A DNA stretch of 64,000 bases from Macrostomum lignano (taxonomy: Eukaryota), in the NCBI GenBank assembly GCA_002269645.1, contig NIVC01002971.1, positions 64,287 through 128,286 on the forward strand, written 5' to 3'. A program made the translations under genes and the position numbers. Of the stretch, positions 13,345 to 37,818 are shown piece after piece; the first letter of the stretch is position 1, and the number at the start of each line of letters is the position of its first letter. The notes beneath the pieces are model-generated. The model made no database searches, was not told where the DNA came from, and was given only the letters and a program-made list of their open reading frames with translations.

Positions 13345-15199
13345 GCGTAGCGGTGCTGCTTTAGATGACAGATCCGAAATGAATTTGGACAAAAAATTTG
13401 CACATCCTAGAAATCGCATAAGTTGCTGCTTTCTCTCATTGCCGGATAGAGTATCTGGTTGGGGCATATCGCGCATTGCTTTTACTTTGTCTGGGTCGAC
13501 TTTAATTCCGGTGTGCGAAAGTATGTTGCCGAGGAATTTCAACTCCTTCAATCCGACTTTCCGCTTTTTATAATTCAGGCGCAAATTCTTCGCACGGCAC
13601 ATTTCCATAAGCTGCTTCACAGCTTCATCGTGTTCTTCAACAGTCTTGCCCCAAACAATGAAGTCGTCAATAAAATTGTTGCAGTTTCTGATCTTGTCCA
13701 AGATCTCCTCCCGAACTCGCTTCTGGTAGACTTCCGATGCGGAACAAATTCCATAGGGCATTCTCAGCCAACGATATCGTCCAAAAGGTGTGTGAAAGCA
13801 CGTCATCAACGAACTTTCATAATCCAATGCAATCTGGTGAAAACTCGCAGTCGCATCAAAAGTTGAGAACAGAGCAGCGTTTCTGATTTCTGCAATAATT
13901 TCGTCATAAGACGGTATCTGATACTGCTCTCTCATTATGTTGGCATTCAGATGCTGAGGGTCTAGGCAAAGACGTATAGTCTTGTCTGCCTTTTAGACGA
14001 CGACCACATTTGAAACGTACTTCGTGGGCTCATCACACTTGGTGATGAGTCCATCCGAAACCAGGCGATCTAATTCAGCCTTCAAAGGTTGCATTGCTGC
14101 AAATTCTTTGTCATCGCGCAGGCTGATGTGATAACTCCCAGGTAAGCAACCTGTTCCTTCAAAGACATTGGGATACTCTCGAAGAAATCTTTCATCTGTC
14201 CACGTGGACTTAAACCCTTCAGGTTGAACAGAAACTCCGAAGTTGAATTTCACCAGGCCTATCTCTTCTGCAGTTTTCCATCCGATGAGTGGAATGAGCC
14301 TCTCTTTAATCACAATAAATTCATTTTCATGCTTGACTCCTTCATATTCCAGTTTCAATTGTACCTTCCCTGCGACTGTTAGGCGCGACCTTTTATAGCA
14401 AAAGAGTCTACAAGACGTTGCTTGTATCGACGTGTTTGGTGCAATCTGCCTAAGCAGATGTTCAGGGAGTACATTTGCATCCGCTCCTGTGTCGCATTTG
14501 CAATTCACCAGCTGACCTTCGATTTTGATACCAACAGTTGTTCTACTATCTCTGTCGTTGCCACCCGGTCGCAGAGATGCTGACATGACCCACGAATCTT
14601 GACGATCAGATTCTGAGCTTTCATTTGTATTTCGATCCAAGGCTCTTACGGTCTTATTCCGACAAACGTTGCTGAATTGGTTTTGCTTTCCGCAAGATTT
14701 GCACGTCTTGCCATATGCAGGGCATGAACCTTTCTTGTGTTTCTTACCACAGAATGAGCAACCCTCCAACTTTCCTACCATCGGCTTTCCATTGGACCCA
14801 AACCTTTTGTTCGGTCGTCTCTCCTTGTACTTGAGATCTGGTCTGCCTGTTGAGCGAGGCTTCACAACAGAATTGACTTCTTTCTGGATGTATTTCGAAA
14901 TCTCTCCGGAGGTGTTTCCCGTCATGATCCGCACTTGGGTCTTTGATGATTCACTTGCACGGCAGATAGATATAGCCTTATCTAGCGTCAACTCCTGCTC
15001 ACGTAGAAGCCGTTCTCGCAACTCTGTGTCTCTGATTCCGAGGACTATCTGATCTCTGATTATTGATTTGTTCACCGTCAATTCGTAGGCTGGCTTCTCG
15101 CTTGCAACACACATACACACAGACAAACATCGCGTCAGTTTTAGTGTTAGGAGATATATATATATATATATATATACAATATTATGATAATTAAAAAGT

Positions 15200-16690
15200 G
15201 CACACAAACCATTTTAGTATAATGGATTCAGTTAAATACTATTTAAATCTAAAACTTATATAGCATTTATTATAAAAGCAGCTTAATTTAACATGTTTAA
15301 AAGTTTTACATAAATTATAGGTAAACAACTCAATTGGTTTTTGGAAAAATCTTATTTTACATACTTGTTTATATAGGGGAAAAAGTATTTAATTTAAGAA
15401 TAATAATAGTCCTATTAGTATTTTCAATATAAGAGAAACTATCATAAAAAAAGAGATCATTATTATAATTATGACTTGGTATAATTACAATACACATGTA
15501 AATATTTGTTAATCAAACTTGCAGTGCCAAATTTGATTTCTATATATGTTTTAAATTGTCATTATATATAATACTATATATTTAATATATATACGTTGTT
15601 ATATAATATATATGTATAATTATAATGTATCTAGATGGCATATAAATAGAACATATTTTCTCAAAAAATATTGACTTTACAAGAAAATATAATAGAATAT
15701 TGAGTTTATTTAGGATAAAAAAACTTATATATACAGTTGTTTTGTTGTTTCATTAGAGGCCTTTAAAATTAAAGCCTTTTTGTCATAAATTCATTTTGTT
15801 ATTAAGTTAAATAGTAGGAAAGCATAGAGTCTATATGATTTTTAAGTTTTAATTGAGTGAGATGAATATTCTAGGACAATAATTTGATTTCTTCCTGAAT
15901 TAAGTCAAAATGTATCAGTAAAGAAACTTTTTTTCTCAAGTTAAGTGTTCTAAAGAAAAACCATACTATATATATTATATATTAAAAAAGGATTAATGAG
16001 CTGTGTTATCATCTACCTTAGGCCTACTTTGAACTTTTGAGTTTAAAGCTGAGTATAGTCAAAATTGTTTAATGATGATTTGATGACCAAATGTGCAAAA
16101 CTTAAACATTTAATGTGATGACTTCAACCAAAACTAAAAGCAAGGGCATCAATATTATAAGATCAATTTATAGCATACAAAACAAATCTGAATTAATTTT
16201 AGCGCCCTAGCCTAGCCTGGCAATAAAATATTTGAATTAGAATACAAGCTTTTTGTTTTAATTTCTCAGATTGTTGCAGCTATAGGCCTAACTCTCCAAG
16301 TTGCAGCTATAACTAGATACATTATTTATTATTATAATACATTGTTTTTTTAATAAAATAATCGCTCCTTTATAATCGCTCCTATAATATAGCTGAAGAA
16401 TGACGTTATATAGCTCATATATAAAAACAAATTATGTAGGTGCAATTAACAGGGTAGTAGTTACCCATACTACGGCATATCTATAGTTAGTCAAGATGCA
16501 ATACTTGAATCTAAGAAAGCCAATTACTTTTAATTTTCATTATTTTTTACTACCACGATATAACAATTACTTTAACTGTATTAAATAAAAAGCTTTAATT
16601 TAATGCTATTAGCTATGTATTACGTTTTTAAAACAGTATAACTTTATATTACCAGTCTAAACTATCTCAAATTTACATTACTCTAGCTTG
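15200..16690. other. Very AT-rich non-coding tract (duplicated at ~23744-25234)
   Basis: Visibly AT-rich; no ORF in the track. Confidence 0.7.
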
Positions 16691-17829
16691 TGACTGCGGG
16701 CCCTTTTGATCGCTGGCCTGACACTTGGTGGCGCGTCCTCAGTGGGCGAAGCCAAAGTAGTAGAGAAGGACAGAATACACCCACACAGAAGCACCATTCG
16801 ATCACTCGAAGCAGCTCAAAGCAATTTGGAAGGTCTTCTTTTTTGACTGGCCTAGGCTACAGTAATTACATGTAAGGCCGCAGACGCACGTGTGTACATG
16901 TACACACGTGCACCAAAATTTTTTTTGGAACATGCGGCTTACTCGTTAGTTTCAGAGTCAAGCAGCGGTGTAGAAGTTTTCGCTTTCTAGGATTTTGATG
17001 CTCCAGCTCTATAGCTATCTGAATCGACGTACGGACCATGCAGCTCCGATCCATGAGCTTACCCCGAACTGCAATATGGTACTGTAACATTAATTAATTG
17101 GTAGTAGTAAGAAGTAAAGGAAGGTGCGTGCATGTCCATGTACCGTGGACATGTACCGTCTGCTTCACGTAAAGCAGTATAAGAGAAACTTCTGTTGGTT
17201 CAACCCTAAACAACAATTTGAGTCAACTTCTATAATTCCTCACCGATTCCACACTAGCGGCCCCAAATTATACTGATGAGGACGCACTTTTTTCCAAATC
17301 CCGCGCTAGCACATGGGCTCTAAACTTATTTGCCTACTAACAGTGGGCAATGGGCATTTTTATCCTTTTTCTGCGAATTTTCATAGAATCTATACTAGAT
17401 ATAATGTCTGGCCATACTACTAGTAGTCATAATAACATAGGCTCAGCTTTTTGGGTCATAAATCATCGCTTGCGAAGCTGGTCTGACAGCCACCTGCGCC
17501 TCACTCAGTGTTGAGGCGGGCGCCAGATGGTCTGAGAGGATGCGGGCGGTAGCTTTTTTTCAGAGCCTATTGTTCGTGTTCACTCAAGCGTGTGACAGCT
17601 TTGACAGCTATGCGTTTTACCCCTAAAAGTACCTTGGGATTAGCGATTAGCGATTTCTCTTCATTATCTTCACTTTCTATTTAATAAGAGCTTTCTAATG
17701 TATATTTTTTCATTAATTTCTGTCAATCCTACGCGAAAGGTCATAAATCATTTTGTTGCGATTTTGAGTGATTTATGGCCGCACCTGTCATCTTTTTACG
17801 ACCCTGTGGGAACTGATAGGATCTCTCGG

Positions 17830-17961
17830 TCACGTGATTCTGGGTAGCAACAAGCTTAGCCAATCAGAAAATTCGGCGCTCATTTTAACAAAACGGCTCA
17901 GCCAATCAGAATCGACGTGTTCCATTATAACAAACTGCGGTCCAGTTGGCGGCTATTTAAA
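17830..17961 (+). promoter_or_regulatory. Pol II promoter-like module: E-box, two AGCCAATCAG boxes and a TATA-like TATTTAAA (duplicated at +8544)
   Basis: TCACGTGA 17830-17837; AGCCAATCAG 17858-17867 and 17900-17909; TATTTAAA 17954-17961. No downstream gene identified. Confidence 0.35.
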
Positions 17962-20182
17962 CCGGAGTTTTTGGCCCGCTCGGACTCAACTTTGGCTCGG
18001 GCCCAGCGCGCAACTTCTGGTTCCCAGAGCACGACCGTCGTTTCTTAATCCCCGGATTGCGACTTCCCCCATCATCATCAAGGACGAGTCCCCGGTCGAC
18101 AGCAGCGAACATCAAGCAAAGATCATCACCTGCTAGCTAACAGCGAAGATTGTGACGGCATCATTCCGAATCTACAGCTGCAGAGCATCGAGCCGATTCG
18201 GTCGCTGTGGATTACCTGGTCTCCGGCTGTTGAGTTTCTGATTGGTTGGGTGAGAGGCTACCTAGACTTGCTTGATTGGGTGATCCCTTGTCTGTCCCCT
18301 GTTGCAGTAGCTGAATTAGGCGCACACTTTTGCTCATTTTGTTCAGTGGTGCTGTTACTGAGGCAGAAATCATTCAATAATACTGCCAGTAGTCTGAAAC
18401 TCCAATTCGATCCGAAGTGTGAAGTGATCTAAGGAGAAGGTTAAATCTGACAGTTATTTTTATCGGTTTTAGTTCTTTGTTCGCCGATGGCTCAGATGAG
18501 TAGCTAAGCTAGTAGGCGCCGGTCACAGTGGACCAATGGCAAGGCGGTTCTCAGTCGATCAATCAATCAAATCAGTGAGCAAAACTGCCAGAAGTGCAGA
18601 ATCGGCGCCAGAGATGTACTTTGTGCACTCTAGGTTAGCCAAGCGGCTCGGGTAATGAATCATGCGGTCTCTGAAGTTCGAGTTAGTCTATCATCAGCGC
18701 TATGAGAGGCTAGTTGGCGCGTTGAAGGCCAAAAGTACATATCTTCGTATTTAGCAATGTAATAGTACATGTAGCTACCCCATAGACTCGCCACTGCAAG
18801 AATCCCCTGCACAAGTCCCCTCTGTACCTGCATGGCCAATGCGATCTAGTCCCAGCAGTGTCCCTTATCATCGGCTATGACTTCGAGATTGACAGCAAAA
18901 AGACACTAGTTGGCAGGTAAGTGCAAAGCCCCTTCTAGTCGGAAGCCCGATTTCGAGAGTCCCGGTGTGGTGAGCCAGGGCGTACGGGCTGGTGGCAGCA
19001 AGTTAGTTGATCTGCGGATTAGCTAATTTCTACTTTCAAAATTCTCCCTGCTCATCTCTCGCTGTCCCTCTCTTAGCTATAGGACCTAGACTGCTCGCCA
19101 CACGATCAAGCTACCATGGGGCTGACCATCTGACAGGAGTGGGGGCCAGGTCTCTAATTGATTTATTTCTGAGCCTGAGGCTCGAAGGCTTCCCTAACAA
19201 GGAGCCCGAAGGTCGAAACCCATCAATACATTTACATGTACATGTAGCACATAATTTATCAAATTGCGCAGTCATTGTGGGAGTCATTCAATATCAGTGT
19301 AGGTTTTGCAAGTGACTTTTTCCAGCTTTGGAACAAATGAAATTCTCACCCAAATCCCGCAGCTGCCTTTGATATGATCCCGACTCCACAATCGTACATG
19401 TACATGTAAAAAACCCATGCACTGTGCCCTTCTCACCTGTAGCTAGCCTTTTTATTAGAGCCAGGGGGCTGTGTGCACCCTGCCACACTAATTTAAGCGA
19501 GATTCAAATGGTAATTCATCAAAACATTATAGTTAAGACACGTCAGTCCCGGCAGTTGCGGGGGACACATGAAGTTGCCCAAAAGTTCACCAAAGCAGTC
19601 ACACATTGACGCATACATACGACAGCATGTGCAGTCGGCATTACATGTACACCAGAGCACAACACGGTAAAGCAACCTCCCAAGAAATTCTATCATAGAA
19701 ATAGTACAAAATTACCAAAATTAGCAATTGACGGGAAATTTATCAAAGCACAGCAATAATTCGAAAATTGTTTTACCTTTGTCTACAGCAAGACCATAGC
19801 TAAATTGCAACAGTACTCAAAGTAGTATGTGGTCTACATGTATATACATTTGGAGAAAAACAACACGGCTTCACACTAAATAATTGCATGCATTTTCGAA
19901 TTGCTTCCCCAAACACGATTAATGACGAATCTATGCATGAAAAATTGCAGAGCACCGCAAGCACGCGCATCCGTGATGACAGAGAGCACTTTCCTGGAGC
20001 TCCTTTCGGCAGAAAAAACAGTGCAAAACATTCTGTGGCCTTGGCCTTCAATTACAAGGAATTTGTTCGCATGAAGTGAAAACAGAAAAAAGTAGTGCCT
20101 GAAAATTTAAAAGGAGGACTAGCTTCATGACCTTAATGAGAATTGCTCTATTAAGCTGCATCTGACAACGGATCAATGGCGT

Positions 20183-31370
<11,188 letters not shown>

Positions 31371-32109
31371 AGATGGACGAACAGACAACAGACAGAGACT
31401 GACCTACATAGTCAGACACTAGCACAACAATTCCTAAAGTCTGCTTGTGCCCGACCATAAGTACATGCGTCGACATTGCGCATATCTATCTGATCTATGC
31501 ATTTCACACCTGCGCGCAGAGAAGAGCTTCCTAATTGCTAATTTCATAGCCAGCCGCGGGCCACCTTCAAGACCAGCTGTTTGACAGAGCAGGCGCAGAC
31601 TGTCGCACTGTTTTCCTGGGACTCGGGAATCAAAGCAATGCCATCACAAAGGCCAGCCGGTTTGCAGTTTTAAGCATTTATATCATCACAGACATCAAAT
31701 TACTGCGCCTCCTGGGCTGGGTGATTCTCATTTCTGCTTTGAGCAAATTACCTAATTAACAGCGCTGATTTCCGATACCTGCTGCTTTCTACTTGAGTTC
31801 CGGCTTCAAGAATGTCCTAGCATTGAAGTAAAGTATCACTCGCGAAAGTGGGAATCGAGTAAGGGGTTGCTAATCGGGGGTTGCTAGTTCCTGGTTCCCG
31901 AGATCGAGGGAGGCTGCCAGAGCTTCTGCTGGCTGGGGTCCTGGCTGTGCTTGGCCTGGCGGGTCAGCCTCCTGCAGCAACAACCGCAGCGGGAGGGCAG
32001 CAGTGCAGGATGAGCATCTTTTTTGAGTGCTCAGTGGAAACACTAAGAGAAGCGATGCTTTGCTAAGAGCGGCTAAACTAGCGTCCGCTGTGGGGTGAGT
32101 TGAGGGTCA

Positions 32110-32394
32110 TGGTAGCATCATCATCATCATCATCAACGACAACCTCATCTTCAACAACAAAAACATCATCAACAACAACAAAAGCAACAACAACAACATC
32201 CTCATCCACAACTAAAAAAACAACAACATCCTCATCTACAACTAAAACAACAACAACAACAACAACAACAATATCATCATTAACAACAACAACAACAAGA
32301 TCATCATCATCAACAACAACAACAACAACAACAACATCATCATTAACAACAACAACAACAACAACATCATCATCATTAACAACAACAACAACAG
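32110..32394. repeat. (CAA/CAT)n trinucleotide tract, left half of the gypsy 2 target
   Basis: Directly visible; resumes at 37094. Confidence 0.9.
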
Positions 32395-35300
32395 TGTTGT
32401 GGACAAGTTCTGCTATTTGTACGCTTTGTACAAGTGCGAATTCACATGTGCTTATGCTACGCTTGTATGCAGCTGGGAAGCTGTCTATGGTGCTGACGGC
32501 GCCTTGGGTACAGGCCCTCGGATGTGATCTGAGGCAAACAGCCCATAGGAAATAAAAGGAATAAGAAATAGCCAGAACTAAGGCTGCAAGCAGACCAAAA
32601 TCGGCTGCATTTTATTTTCTATCAAACCTCCGCCTTTTATTTGTTGGTTAAAGACACAACAATTGGCGTCGCAAGCAGGATATGTCCAAGAACACAGGGA
32701 AACTCCCATTGGACGATAAGTCACCCGCTAAGTTACCTGTGAAATCGCCTACCAAGTCACCTGCAAAGTCGCCCGCTAAGTCACCTGCAAAGTCGACCAC
32801 CAAATCACCTAGAGCTACGTCAAAGATGCCATTGCTGGGATTCGGTTCGACATTTCAAAGTCGTGGATATCAGCCATTCGAAGGCTTGTCCAACTGCCGC
32901 TCAATGACCAACATGGCTGAAATCGAGAAGCTTGAGGACGGCAAGATGTTCGAGCGTTGGCTAGACCGCTTCACCGTTGCTGCTCGCTTCTACCGTTGGT
33001 CAGATGAGGACATGGCTCAGGTTCTGCTAATGCGCTTGGCGCCATCACTATATGATGTATTAGCAGACCGCCTGTCGCCGGACGTCCCAAGCTCAAGGTC
33101 GTTCGAAGAACTGAAGACTGCGCTTCAGGAGATTCTTCTTCCGCAGACCTATGCGTTGGCTGAACGTTACACATTTCAGAATCTGAGGCGCGAGACGTCC
33201 GAGTCCGTCAGAGCGTTCGCGGAGCGGCTGCTTAAAGCATCGGACAAGTGTATGTTTGCTGATCGCGAAGAGCGTCTCCGAGACCAATTTATTTGTGGGT
33301 TAAACGACAAGGCGACAATAGCTAAACTACTGGTAAGGGACCACAAGGCGCTGACTTTTAAAGTAGCTGTGGCGGAAGCGGAGGCAATGTCGGCATTGAA
33401 GGACACGCAAATCATGCAGTCCGCAACAGGTCCGCGCACTGAAAGCGTCATGAAGGTGGGACGGAAGTTTCACACCAAGGCTCCGTCGAGACCGGCACGG
33501 CCGGCAGACAGGAAGCTTGGCATTCAGGCCAATTCCACAGCGAATATCAGATGCTCAAGATGTGGCGGAATGCACAAAAATAAGACCGAGTGTCCAGCAA
33601 AGGGAAAGACCTGTCGGAAATGTGGAAAGTCAAACCACTTCGAGAGGCAATGTAAGTCGAAAGGCGAAGGACAACACTTCGTGTCACAGACAAAAGATGC
33701 TCAATCGGATGACGTTCTGGCAGTTGTACACTCTACTTCGACCAGAAATGGATCTTTTCCGACTATCCCGTTGGAGTGCTTGGTCAACGGCCGAGATCAG
33801 ATGATTGAATGCCAGCTTGACACTGGAGCCACAGTGTCGGTGATGTCCAGCAGGTTGTGGAAGCAGCTGGGAGAACCTCTACTGCAGCCCAGTACAGCAG
33901 TCTTGATCGGGTATACGGACAGCCACCGGTTTGACCTGTTGGGCCAGCTCAAGATCCAAGCTGTGTGGAACAACCAAAAGTTTGTTGTCTTATTTCATGT
34001 CGTGTCTTCAAACAGAATGTTTGCTCTGCTTGGAAGAGACGTGGTGCACGTGGATCTCGAAGCAATCTCCATTGGACACAACCAGGTGCGCCAAGTTGAC
34101 CAAAAGTCACTAGTGGAAACAACGAGCAGATTTAAGGCACATCTAGAGCTAAAAATAGATGCCAGGCCAAAGTACATTAAAGCCCGTCCCGTGCCATTTG
34201 CGCTAAAAGAGAAGCTCAAGGCAGAGATCGATGAATTGCTAAAAGAAGGGATCATCGAGCCGGTCCAGTTCTCTAGTTGGGCATCGCCGATCGTACTCAT
34301 CCAAAAGCCAGACAAAACTCTTCGGTTATGCGTAGACTATAAACAGACAGTTAATCCACAACTCGTCGATGACAGTTACCCGTCTCCAACGCCGGAGGAA
34401 GCATTCTCGGCTGTTTCAGGGTGCAAGCTGTATACGATTTTAGATCTTAAGAAGGCTTATAATCAAATAGAACTTGACGAACCGTCGAAAGAGTTAACGG
34501 TCATGGCTACTCCTTTGGGGAATTTTCGCTATAATCGGCTTGTCTTTGGCATCAAGACGGCACGAGCATTTTCCAACGCTTCATCAGCGACGTAATCCAG
34601 GGCATCACGGGCTCTGTCGCTTATGTTGACGACATACTCATCGGCGGCCGAACCAGAGACGAGCTCAGACAGCGAGAGGCAGCCGTTAGGGATAGGCTAA
34701 CACGCCATCACCTCAAGATTAATGAAGCGAAGTGCCAGGTGGCAAAGAGCCGAGTCAGATTTCTTGGTTTCATTCTGGAGTCCGGGACGATCAAGCCGGA
34801 CGCAGAGAAAGTAAGGGCAATTCAGGAGATGACGGCTCCCAAGAACATTGCCGAATTGGAGTCCTTTCTGGGGCTAGTGAACTTCTGTGGACGATTCATC
34901 AGGAATCTGGCCGACCTGGTTGAACCGCTGTCGACTCTGAGGCGCAAGAATTGCGAGTTTGTGTGGACCAGCGTCCAAGAAGCAGCTTTTCAGAAGATCA
35001 AGGCGTCTCTAACTCAAAAGACGATGCTGATGTCCTACGATCCCGGCAAACCGCTCGAACTAGAGTGTGACGCTTCACAAGTTGCGATTGGGGGTGTCCT
35101 CAGCCAGGATGGAGTGCCAATCATCTTCATCAGCAAGATTTTGTCAGCGGCCGAAAGAAAGTACTCTCAAATTGAAAGAGAGGCATTGGCAATAGTTTGG
35201 TCAGTGCGGCGCTGCCACCGGTTCCTGTTTGGACGAGAGTTCACATTAGTCACAGATCATCGACCGCTTACCTATATATTTGGCCAAAACAGTAAACTAC

Positions 35301-37093
35301 CTGAAAGGGTATCTGCGAGATTACAGAGATGGGCCATCACTCTCTCAGGGTACAGTTACGTCATCACGTACAGGAAGTCGGCCGAAATGAAATCTGATTC
35401 GCTGTCGAGATTAGTTGCTCCAACTGCAGCAGTGTCTACTCATCATGTCGGACGGGTCCCACTGAGTGAACGCGGTCTCTTGAGCCTGCAGGAGGTTATC
35501 GTTCACACTCAGGAGTGTCCTGAACTGAGGAAGCTCACACATGCCATTGGAACTGGGCAATTCAATGACTCCGACATCCGATCCTACAAGCCAATTGCGG
35601 ATGAGTTGACAGTGCAGGACGGCGCGATCATTCGTGGAACCAAGTTGGTGGTTCCCATCACATTAAGGGAGAAGGCACTGGCCGCTGCCCATGGAGTGCA
35701 CCTCGGGATTGCGCGCACGAAATCTCTGCTACGAGAATACTACTGGTGGCCTCGGATGGACAAGATGGTGGAGTCACGTGTGGGAACATGCCAAGTCTGC
35801 AGGAAATCAAAGCCACGGAACAGAAACTTCTGCACGTCGTGGCCCAAGCCAGAGGGCCCATGGACCAGAGTCCACGTGGACTTTGCCGGTCCAATTGACG
35901 GGCACTACCTACTGGTGTTAGTGGACGCCTACTCCGGTTATCCAGAAGTGCACCTCACGAAAGACATGACATCAACTACCGTTGTCAACTGCTTCCGACG
36001 GACGTTTGCACAACAAGGTGTCCCAAATCAGCTCGTGTCAGACAACGGCCCCAGCTTCGTGAGCGAGGAGACGCGCCAGTGGTTAACAAGGGTCGGCTGC
36101 AACCCGATCACTACGCCCGCCTACCATCCCCAAAGCAACGGGCTAGCAGAGAGGTTCGTACGCACGATCAAGGAAGCGATCCGAGCGAACGGCCTGACAC
36201 AAGCCGCCATTGATCGATACTTGCTATTTTACCGAGCATCCGTTGGCGTAGGTGGAGCATCTCCAGCTGAACTACTGGTAGCCAGGAAGCTGCGAGCGCC
36301 GCTGCTGACAACACAGGTTACCTGGAAACCCGGGGAGAACCTGGTCTACCGGGCGGGTCAGCGAGTACAAGAGGCTACGCTTGTCTGTCCGAAGGGGTCC
36401 AACGCAGCAATAATAAAGGTTGGGCCAGAGAAATTTAAAAAAGCTCATTTGGATCAGCTGCAAAGGTTCTGCCCACGCAAAACATCGGAGGATCAGACAG
36501 AGAGGCTGGACAGTTCGGAAGGAAGCCACCCGGAAACTGCAGAGTGCACAATGAGAGGACTTGGACCAAGGCAAGACGAGCAAGCGCGGCCCTGCGAACC
36601 CGGAGGCGTGTCTGATACTGAAGTTGAGCCAGAGACTACGACGCCTGAGGCTATAGCACCCAGTGTCACTAAGAATGTGGCTCGCCCACAGACAGCAGAG
36701 CAACCGGAAGTGCGGCGAAGCTCGCGGTTGCAAGCCAAACCAAGAATTGACTACAAGGAATGAACTGCTAAGAGCCATGGAGTGCTTAAAGGGATTAGAC
36801 AGTTCTTTTTTGTAAAAGGAGGGAGGTGTTGTGGACAAGTTCTGCTATTTGTACGCTTTGTACAAGTGCGAATTCACATGTGCTTATGCTACGCTTGTAT
36901 GCAGCTGGGAAGCTGTCTATGGTGCTGACGGCGCCTTGGGTACAGGCCCTCGGATGTGATCTGAGGCAAACAGCCCATAGGAAATAAAAGGAATAAGAAA
37001 TAGCCAGAACTAAGGCTACAAGCAGACCAAAATCGGCTGCATTTTATTTTCTATCAAACCTCCGCCTTTTATTTGTTGGTTAAAGACACAACA
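32395..37093 (+). mobile_element. Ty3/gypsy LTR retrotransposon 2, full length and young
   Basis: 267-bp LTRs at 32395-32661 and 36827-37093 (TGTTG...CAACA; I found one difference, GCTGCAAG vs GCTACAAG). TSD AACAG at 32390-32394 and 37094-37098. PBS TGGCGTCGCAAGCAGGA at 32664-32680 (resembles tRNA-Ser 3' ends). PPT AAAAGGAGGGAGG at 36814-36826. Confidence 0.97.
32682..36763 (+). CDS. Gag-Pol polyprotein of gypsy 2 with a single 1-nt frameshift at ~34563
   Basis: Zinc knuckles (CSRCGGMH; CRKCGKSNHFERQC), protease LDTGA, RT (YVDD at 34622-34633), RNase H (LECDAS), integrase (HLG, CxxC, HVDFAGP, SDNGPSF, SNGLAER). GCA CGA GCA reads through as GCA CCG AGC ATT TTC CAA (APSIFQ) if one C is added. 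Confidence 0.93.
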
Positions 37094-37490
37094 AACAGCA
37101 TCATCATTGACAACAACAGCAACAACATCATCATCAACAACAACAACATCATCATCATCAACAACAACAACAACAGCATCATCAACAACAACAACATCAT
37201 AATCATCAACAACAACAACATCAACATCATTATCAACAACAACAACATCATCATCATCAACAACAACAACAACAGCATCATCAACAACAACAACATCATA
37301 ATCATCAACAACAACAACATCAACATCATTATCAACAACAACAACATCATAATCATCAACAACAACAACATCAACATCATTATCAACAACAACAACATCA
37401 TAATCATCAACAACAACAACATCAACATCATCATCAACAACAGCAATCACATTTTCAACAAAAACAACAACAACAACAACAACAACAGAA
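37094..37490. repeat. (CAA/CAT)n trinucleotide tract, right half of the gypsy 2 target
   Basis: Directly visible. Confidence 0.9.
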
Positions 37491-37818
37491 ACATCAGCAG
37501 CCGTGAATTTAGTAATGCTGACAGTTTTTGGCACTAACTAGTTAAATAAAATTTACTGTTAATCTTCTTCATTGAAAACTTTTACAACTCATTTTCAGCG
37601 ATTTCAGTGCTGTACGGTAAGTTGCTGACTAAGTCAGATTTACAATTTACGATTTAGAATTTCCAAAAAGCTGTTTTTAAGGAATTAACCGACTCTTACA
37701 TTTAGGGTTTCAATTCTTTTTTGGTGTCGCAACAGTTGTAAACACCACACGCAAAGAGGCAAGAGCCACAAGGTGATCCCCTTAACTGCATGGGGATAGC
37801 ATTGTAAATTCCCATTCA

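Larger units (their letters stand above)
10335..15100 (-). mobile_element. Ty3/gypsy LTR retrotransposon 1, decayed and 5'-truncated, interrupted by an 830-bp insertion
   Basis: 3' LTR at 10335-10495 (TG...CA ends, AATAAA on minus) with a polypurine tract at 10496-10507. Integrase/RNase H at 10745-12514 (HxxHxG, CxxC, YVDKYS, SDNGPPF, SNGLAER). RT at 13339-13990 (FIDD). Gag zinc knuckle and protease (DTGA) to ~15100. In-frame TAA at 13993-13995. No 5' LTR found. Confidence 0.92.
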
